Virus record (IMG/VR): IMGVR_UViG_3300042514_001858
Location: 32,001 to 96,000 of that record
DNA length: 64,000 nucleotides
Origin: a virus
Reading direction: 5' to 3' (one strand)
The position numbers and the translations under genes are program-made. Each line of letters opens with the position of its first letter. Positions within the stretch are counted from its first letter, which is position 1. Below the pieces are notes generated by a model. The model had not been told where the DNA came from and did not search any database. It was given only the letters and a program-made list of their open reading frames with translations. Shown one piece after another: positions 57,888 to 64,000 of this stretch.

Positions 57888-59071
57888 TCATTCCAATATT
57901 TCATAAATCTACGAGACTGATCACCCCAAGGTGTGTTCATCGATTCAAGAAACGCACCAATGTTTTCAGGTCTTTCCAGAAATCTTGTTTCACCAAGTTT
58001 TCTTAATTCTTTGGATAAATTGTGATACCTATCACGATTTTTGTAATTCAGCAATTGTTCTACTTTTACAGCTAAATCCTCCGAATTATTAAATTTTAGA
58101 AAATCAGGAACATCGGAATAAGTCACCAAATCCTGACACATACAAGGGATACCCAACACAGCACCCTCAATATATTTGATATCTGACTTTGATTTATTGA
58201 AATTATTATCCATCAAAGGTGCGAGAGTTAATTGCACATTTAGTTCGGAAATAAATTTCGGATAATTTGTCAATGTCTGCCAATGATGAAATTCAATTTC
58301 TCCATTTTGAATGTATGGATGCAATTGTGGAGGAAATGCACCAATGAAAATGAATTGATATTTATACCTATTATCGATAATAAATTTCAAAACATGGGAA
58401 AAATCGTCTTGCCCTCCTTTTTTCACATCAAAGTGCGCTCCTGAGCCAGAATATAAAATTCTTGGTTTTTTACGATTTTTATCGTAATTTTTAGCAATTT
58501 TATAAGAATCATAATAATGTCCAATCCACCATTCAGGTGGGAAATTTGGAATCACAGAGATTTTATCTTGACCTGTTTTTTCAATAAACAAATCACGCAT
58601 GAACTTACACGTGACTGTGACTTCATCTGCCATTCGCATCATGTCAACGCAATTTTGACGGATTTCGTCATTATCGAACGATGGTTTTCCTGAATTATAA
58701 TCAGGAATTTCTTCGCGAAATACAACATCATCTACTTCATAGATAATCTTGAATCCCATTTCTGCTTGAATGCTCTTGAGAAATTCAAAATATTGTTTTT
58801 GAGGGGTAGATGCTTGTCTTTGTAATTTGACGGTTTTAATATCTCTAAACCAATTTTTATCTAAAATCATCTTAGTAAGTGATGTGGACTCACCAAGATT
58901 ATTCATATTGATATGATGTTCATGCCAACCTATTCGCCATTGACCACATCCCTGACGATCTGCTACAAAATTTAAATAGACATTACCTTTTTTGGGTTCT
59001 TCTTTATTTTTATTTTGGACTTGAAAGGGGTTTGTTGGAAAAGGAGATGCAAACGGTTGACTATTAAACAT
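57884..59071 (-). CDS. GT-B glycosyltransferase (GT4-like)
   Basis: GCGQWRI, LQRQ, YEVDD, ADEVTVT, VIPN, YSGSGAH, LAPLMDNNFNKSKSDIKYIE. Confidence 0.8.
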   Translation of the reverse strand: MFNSQPFASPFPTNPFQVQNKNKEEPKKGNVYLNFVADRQGCGQWRIGWHEHHINMNNLGESTSLTKMILDKNWFRDIKTVKLQRQASTPQKQYFEFLKSIQAEMGFKIIYEVDDVVFREEIPDYNSGKPSFDNDEIRQNCVDMMRMADEVTVTCKFMRDLFIEKTGQDKISVIPNFPPEWWIGHYYDSYKIAKNYDKNRKKPRILYSGSGAHFDVKKGGQDDFSHVLKFIIDNRYKYQFIFIGAFPPQLHPYIQNGEIEFHHWQTLTNYPKFISELNVQLTLAPLMDNNFNKSKSDIKYIEGAVLGIPCMCQDLVTYSDVPDFLKFNNSEDLAVKVEQLLNYKNRDRYHNLSKELRKLGETRFLERPENIGAFLESMNTPWGDQSRRFMKYWND

Positions 59072-59100
59072 GTCAATAATTAACCATTTGCTATTATTTG

Positions 59101-60891
59101 TCAATTAGTTATTCTTCTAGTCATTCCCATTTCTTTTTCAAGGAAGACTATTTCACCAGTAACATGTTTGGATGTTTCTGTTCTATGGGAAATCACATAA
59201 ACAGAAAGATCATATTTGTCAGTTCTATGCTTGATCTGTTCGATCAGCTTATCAATTCCCATGGAATCTAGGGTGGAATCAAGGTATTCATCAAAAAATT
59301 CCACATTAGATGACACGCCTGAAATCTTTCTCTTCAAATCCTTGAATGCCCACGCACACGCGAGGTCAACCGTTCTACGTTCGCCACCACTCAAGTTCCA
59401 GTAAGAAATCTCCTTGCCTTTATCATTGGAAAGCTGCTCATCAAAGTATTCATCGAATTTGCAACGAATGGACATACCAAGATCGTTGATATATTGCTGA
59501 ATGCTTGCGTTCATCATGGAAAGAAGTCTCTTCACCACAAAGCTACGAACACCTTCTTCTCCTAGCACGAATTTACAGATTTCATAATCATCTGATTTCT
59601 GTTTGAACATTCGGGAATTGTCGTTTTCAGCGTTTTGTCTCACCAAAGTATTTTGAATACTTTCTTCGAAATTTGGTTTAGGTAATTCTTCCAGCTTCAA
59701 ATTGTCCAGAGACTCTTTGTATTGCTTGAGACTGTTTTCCAGACCTTCTAATTTTTGTTTGGTGACTTTCGCTTCGTTGATCTGATCTTGGAATTCCGCT
59801 ACCTTTTGTTGAACCTTTTCCTTTTTGGAATGAAATTGGGATTTCTCTTCCTTCAATTTGTCAATCTCCTCAACAATACCATCCAATTCGGATTGATATT
59901 GTTCCTTCATCTTCTCCAGATGCTCCACATGGGTATGGGGAATATCTTGGAGGCATTTATCACACTGAATACCATCTTCAACAGAGGAAAATTTATCAAT
60001 TTCTTTCACCTTCAGCTTTCTCAAAGTCTCCTTGGATGAAATCGCATCATTCACATGACCGATCTTTCCATCCAGCTTTCTCCATGCTTCATGATACTTT
60101 TCTTGCTCTTGTTGTATCGTAGAAACATCCATAACGGATGTTTTATCAATCTCTTTTTCAATATCAAAGATTTTCCCTTGAATTTCAATACGTCTCGCCT
60201 CAAGACGACCCTCCATTTCTTCGACTTTCTTTTGGTAATCTTCTTGTTGTCTATTCAGAGTTTCCAAAGTGTTGTCAATTTCTTCCAATTTAGCAGAGGA
60301 AATATTCATATCTGATTTGTTCTCACGAATCAGATTCTTCAATTCGTTGCTCATTTTACCAAAGACTTCCAGAGAGAAAATATCATTGATGAATTTGCGC
60401 TTCTCTTCAGGCTTCTTTGCCATGAATGGGATGTTATCCGAAAGAGATAGAATATCACAACTACGACAAATCACAGGATTGGAACCGATCAAATCACAGA
60501 TGAATTTATCTGTATTGGCAATGGAGTCCTTGGTGATGTCTTCTTCGCCTCTCAGGAGCGTCACAGAGCTTGGTTTGAGTTGTCGCTTGATTGTGTATGT
60601 CTGCGTGTCATTGTCAGTCTCTACGTCGAACGTAAGCTCAATAGCACCCTTTCCTTTGGTGATATTGTTGATGATGAATTCTTTCTTGATGTCACGGATG
60701 GTTTTACCAAACAATGCATAATAGAAAAGTTCTGCAATACAACTTTTCCCGATTCCGTTCACACGATCAGGATTATCCAAATTCTTTCCAGTAATCAGGT
60801 TAAAACCAGATTGGAAATCAATCACAATCTGGTCATTTCCGATACTAAGGAAGTTCTGCCCCTTTAAATTTTTATATAAGATTTTTTTCAT
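59101..60891 (-). CDS. gp46: Recombination ATPase (SbcC/Rad50-like)
   Basis: NFLSIGN, NGIGKS, zinc hook CDKC, LSGGE, FFDE, ISH. Confidence 0.95.
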   Translation of the reverse strand: MKKILYKNLKGQNFLSIGNDQIVIDFQSGFNLITGKNLDNPDRVNGIGKSCIAELFYYALFGKTIRDIKKEFIINNITKGKGAIELTFDVETDNDTQTYTIKRQLKPSSVTLLRGEEDITKDSIANTDKFICDLIGSNPVICRSCDILSLSDNIPFMAKKPEEKRKFINDIFSLEVFGKMSNELKNLIRENKSDMNISSAKLEEIDNTLETLNRQQEDYQKKVEEMEGRLEARRIEIQGKIFDIEKEIDKTSVMDVSTIQQEQEKYHEAWRKLDGKIGHVNDAISSKETLRKLKVKEIDKFSSVEDGIQCDKCLQDIPHTHVEHLEKMKEQYQSELDGIVEEIDKLKEEKSQFHSKKEKVQQKVAEFQDQINEAKVTKQKLEGLENSLKQYKESLDNLKLEELPKPNFEESIQNTLVRQNAENDNSRMFKQKSDDYEICKFVLGEEGVRSFVVKRLLSMMNASIQQYINDLGMSIRCKFDEYFDEQLSNDKGKEISYWNLSGGERRTVDLACAWAFKDLKRKISGVSSNVEFFDEYLDSTLDSMGIDKLIEQIKHRTDKYDLSVYVISHRTETSKHVTGEIVFLEKEMGMTRRITN

Positions 60892-61907
60892 TTACACTTT
60901 TCGTATAACTCATCGTTAATTTTCTTCACTCTCATCAATTGCTCATCACCCAGCTTGAGTTGTTCATAGAACTCATCAAACATTCCCACAATATCAACAG
61001 AATCCACTTGTTCAACATCACCAATTGTCTTGGTTGCCACATTGTATTCCGTGGTGAGACGGAAAGGAGCGAAGTTAGACAGGTAGACTTTGAACTTCTC
61101 AACCTTATCATCTTCAATGTCTTTGTCAACTATGAGCTTGATGATGTTTCCTTCGATATCCTCCGCTTTGTAATTCTTGATCTTAGTCAGAGGAATTTTA
61201 ATAAATTCAGGAGATGCCGTGTTCTTTACAAATTCGACAGAATCATCTTCTAGATTCAGAATGTGATAACCCTTGTCGTCCCCACAATCGTTAAAATCGT
61301 GATGGAAAGTGTTACCAATGTATCGAATCGTTCCTTCGTTGTATTTCTTAATACTCTTGGTATGGAAGTGACCAGACCAAACATTGGTGGTTCGGGATGC
61401 TAAGAAATCCATGACTTGGAATCCGTGATCACAAACCTTATAATTGTTCATTTGAAATGTCTGAATTTCAAAGTGTCCGAAAATATGGTCAAATTTACCG
61501 TCTGGCAATTCGTGATTCCAAGGAACAAATAATATTTTTTTACCAAATGCCTCAAATTCCAAGTTCTGATCGATAATAGTAATATTGTCATGACCTTTGA
61601 GGAAACCCAAGCTATGCACATCACTACGATTTTTATAGAAAGCATCATGATTTCCAATTACCATGAACATGTTGAAGCCCTTGAACTTTGCAATCAATTC
61701 TGATGCCACATGGATGGTTTGCACAGAGATTTCTGAACGATTATGGAAAAAGTCACCAAGGAAAAAGATATCAGTGATCTTCTTTTTCTTTAGATCGGTG
61801 ACAATCCAATCTGCCCACTTGAGAGCGATTTCATGCCACTCCGTTGAATTTCCATATAGACCCAAATGAAGGTCGGAAAAAATAGCTACTGTAGGTTTCT
61901 TAATCAT
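60888..61907 (-). CDS. gp47: Recombination nuclease (SbcD/Mre11-like)
   Basis: SDLHLG, LGDFF, GNHD, GHFE, SGHFH. Confidence 0.95.
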   Translation of the reverse strand: MIKKPTVAIFSDLHLGLYGNSTEWHEIALKWADWIVTDLKKKKITDIFFLGDFFHNRSEISVQTIHVASELIAKFKGFNMFMVIGNHDAFYKNRSDVHSLGFLKGHDNITIIDQNLEFEAFGKKILFVPWNHELPDGKFDHIFGHFEIQTFQMNNYKVCDHGFQVMDFLASRTTNVWSGHFHTKSIKKYNEGTIRYIGNTFHHDFNDCGDDKGYHILNLEDDSVEFVKNTASPEFIKIPLTKIKNYKAEDIEGNIIKLIVDKDIEDDKVEKFKVYLSNFAPFRLTTEYNVATKTIGDVEQVDSVDIVGMFDEFYEQLKLGDEQLMRVKKINDELYEKCK

Positions 61908-62340
61908 TGTCGTCATATTCATCTCCTTCCATAACTGGTTTTACATATACATGTCCCATCGCATCAGGACCAGACATTGAATCCATATATACCATTTCTT
62001 TATATTCATTCAGACCTTCGTGCTGTCCCTTTTCTTTATTAATACGATTGGTAAATGCGTTCCATGCAATACGATTGAAATAAGAAAATGGGTTAAATTC
62101 TGATTCAATGTTATATAATTTTTTCTCCAAAGCATGATACATTTTTACAATTGCATCTCCCACCATTTCCTCTTTCCAACTTCGAGAATATCGAATAAAG
62201 CGGTGATTATATGATAATCCCTCTGCTATTTTAACAATGTTAGATGCCAAATCATTAGTCATATTGTCAGACTGATAATAATCGGTTAATAGCTGTCGGA
62301 ACTCTTTGGAGTTCACATAATACTCACTTTTATTACTCAT
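61900..62340 (-). CDS. gp55: Late-transcription sigma factor
   Basis: YVNSKEF, IAEGLS, KEEMVGDA, NPFSYFNRIAWNAF..RI.KEK. Confidence 0.9.
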   Translation of the reverse strand: MSNKSEYYVNSKEFRQLLTDYYQSDNMTNDLASNIVKIAEGLSYNHRFIRYSRSWKEEMVGDAIVKMYHALEKKLYNIESEFNPFSYFNRIAWNAFTNRINKEKGQHEGLNEYKEMVYMDSMSGPDAMGHVYVKPVMEGDEYDDND

Positions 62341-63751
62341 TTATTTCAATTGTTCTTTCTGTCCATTGGATATCTTCTTTATCGTAAATTTCTTGTCTGT
62401 ATTCAGCATGAGAAGATGAATATTTGGTATTATCCACGATGTCAAATATTCTCAATTTATCTTTACTATCATGCAAACGGAGTCCTCTACCAATTGATTG
62501 GACAACACGGATAAAGCTCTTACCCAATCCAACAAACATAATATTTGGAAGATTTTTAATGTTGATACCAGTGGAAAAGATAGATGACATTGCAATACAT
62601 ATGATATTATCATTCTTTTCCATCATGTCAATTATTTTTTGTCTTTCTTGAACATCAACTTCACCTTTGACAAAATATATATGTCTATCCAATCTATTAG
62701 ACAACACAGATAATAAAGAATCGCCATGTTCCAAATGATTGACCATGATAAGAACGTTGCCATTAAGTTTACTAGCCAATTTACAAATAAAATCATTCCG
62801 TTTTTCATTTTTATATAAGTATTCTAATTCTTGTTTATAATTTAATTTATGTGTTTTTGGATGCTTTAATTTTAAAATATTTATATTAACATTTGATAAA
62901 TATTTCTCATCTCTCAATTCTTTGGATTTCTTCTCATAAATCACTGGTCCAAAGACACCAAGCGTTTTCCATTGATTCAATGGCTTATCAGATAATGTCC
63001 CTGTAAAACCAAACTTGTTTGGTGTTTTAATTTTATTAATAATTTTCGACAAATTGGCATCACTATTGACACCGTGACACTCATCGACTATCAATAAATT
63101 CACATCAAGTATCCAAGGATTATCAGTAAATTTGGAACCTAAATTCTGAGTATTACATATGACAACTTGAGTATCTTGCAAAGGATTTTCACCAGTCCAA
63201 CCTGAATATGAAAATGTAACTTGGTAGTCCTCAAAATCTTTTTGTAACTGATTTACAAGAGAAAGACCTGGAACTACGATAAGACATTTGAATGTATCAT
63301 TTGATACGTTTTCCATATAATTTTCTATCAGTAATGCTTGAGCTAAAGATTTACCTGCTCCTGTTGCTAATAGAAAAACACCATAACCTTTCTCTAGTCC
63401 AGCTATGATAGAATCTTTTTGATAATAACGAGCATCATATTTAAGTTCATCTTTGAACTCGAATTTCCCAATGCCACATTTCAATCTATTACGAAATTCA
63501 TCGGTGAATGTGATATCGGTAATTTGGTTATCTCTTAGATGTTTCAGAATCTCCCCATAAAATCCAAAGTCAAACAAACCAGTGGGTGTGATTGCATACT
63601 TACGATCTTTTACAAAACGATGACCTTTCCTCTTAGCAAAAGAAGCACCATCATTCTTAACAGAAAAATGATTACGGATCATACTGAGTGTTTCGGAATC
63701 CGTAATCAATTGCGCCTGTCGCTTAGTTGGTTTATAATCAAATGTTATCAT
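62333..63751 (-). CDS. uvsW: SF2 DNA helicase
   Basis: RYYQ, ATGAGKS, DECH, GFTGT, FSTGINI, QSIGRGLR. Confidence 0.92.
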   Translation of the reverse strand: MITFDYKPTKRQAQLITDSETLSMIRNHFSVKNDGASFAKRKGHRFVKDRKYAITPTGLFDFGFYGEILKHLRDNQITDITFTDEFRNRLKCGIGKFEFKDELKYDARYYQKDSIIAGLEKGYGVFLLATGAGKSLAQALLIENYMENVSNDTFKCLIVVPGLSLVNQLQKDFEDYQVTFSYSGWTGENPLQDTQVVICNTQNLGSKFTDNPWILDVNLLIVDECHGVNSDANLSKIINKIKTPNKFGFTGTLSDKPLNQWKTLGVFGPVIYEKKSKELRDEKYLSNVNINILKLKHPKTHKLNYKQELEYLYKNEKRNDFICKLASKLNGNVLIMVNHLEHGDSLLSVLSNRLDRHIYFVKGEVDVQERQKIIDMMEKNDNIICIAMSSIFSTGINIKNLPNIMFVGLGKSFIRVVQSIGRGLRLHDSKDKLRIFDIVDNTKYSSSHAEYRQEIYDKEDIQWTERTIEINE

Positions 63752-64000
63752 TTACATTTCCTGTAGCTTCCGCAGTTCCAAAATGTTTTTAATGTCGTTA
63801 CCAATGAATGTAATCTGACTTACCAATTTTTCCAAATATTCAATCAAATATTCCTGTTCTTTAATTTTTTGATTGATTGCTTCCAATGATGGAGTCTTAT
63901 CCAAATCATCCAATACCTGCTTATTAAGAGCCACAGGAGACTCTTCCATAATTCTTTTCTGGAGAATGTGTTTGGTAGATGCTTTTAATTTGTAGAGCTT
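63752..64000 (-). CDS. uvsY: Probable recombination mediator, 5' end outside the window
   Basis: Open to the window edge; helical ...YLEK....I...GNDIKNILELRKL C-terminus; adjacent to uvsW. Confidence 0.55.
   Translation of the reverse strand, partial: KLYKLKASTKHILQKRIMEESPVALNKQVLDDLDKTPSLEAINQKIKEQEYLIEYLEKLVSQITFIGNDIKNILELRKLQEM

Noticed and set aside
4513-63766. Numerous short antisense ORFs in the six-frame track (e.g. 4699-5229, 8529-8993, 41590-42213, 60269-60721)
   Set aside because: They lie opposite well-supported genes and lack promoters or protein motifs
1-64000. Integron integrase or other tyrosine recombinase serving the attC sites
   Set aside because: No ORF in the window shows the R...HxxR...Y pattern; it may lie elsewhere or be host-supplied
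1-64000. Stop-codon reassignment or tRNA genes
   Set aside because: Core genes are intact in the standard code, TAA, TGA and TAG all end genes, and no cloverleaf was seen in the few intergenic gaps

Overview
AT-rich segment of a large T4-like myovirus genome in the standard genetic code. It carries tail, baseplate and neck genes, an intein-containing terminase, and the T4-type replication/recombination set (gp41, gp43, gp44, gp45, gp46/47, gp32, gp61, UvsX/W/Y). It also encodes the late sigma factor gp55 and several sugar-nucleotide, glycosyltransferase and sulfotransferase genes. The main finding is at 44361-45064: two textbook integron attC sites bracket a complete gene cassette with swapped, mutually complementary R boxes. 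No integrase is present in the window. A phage promoter and start codon read backwards through the attC into the cassette. This sits in a variable slot between the helicase and DHH genes that also shows a duplication/chimera scar. A second window-wide signal is a TAAATA-type hexamer, almost always exactly 5 nt before the start codon, at more than 20 genes. A second promoter class, TTGAnn-N16-TAnnnT, often lies 6 nt before ATG. Both suggest gene-by-gene promoters that make leaderless mRNAs. All protein calls come from motif recognition only; no database searches were run.
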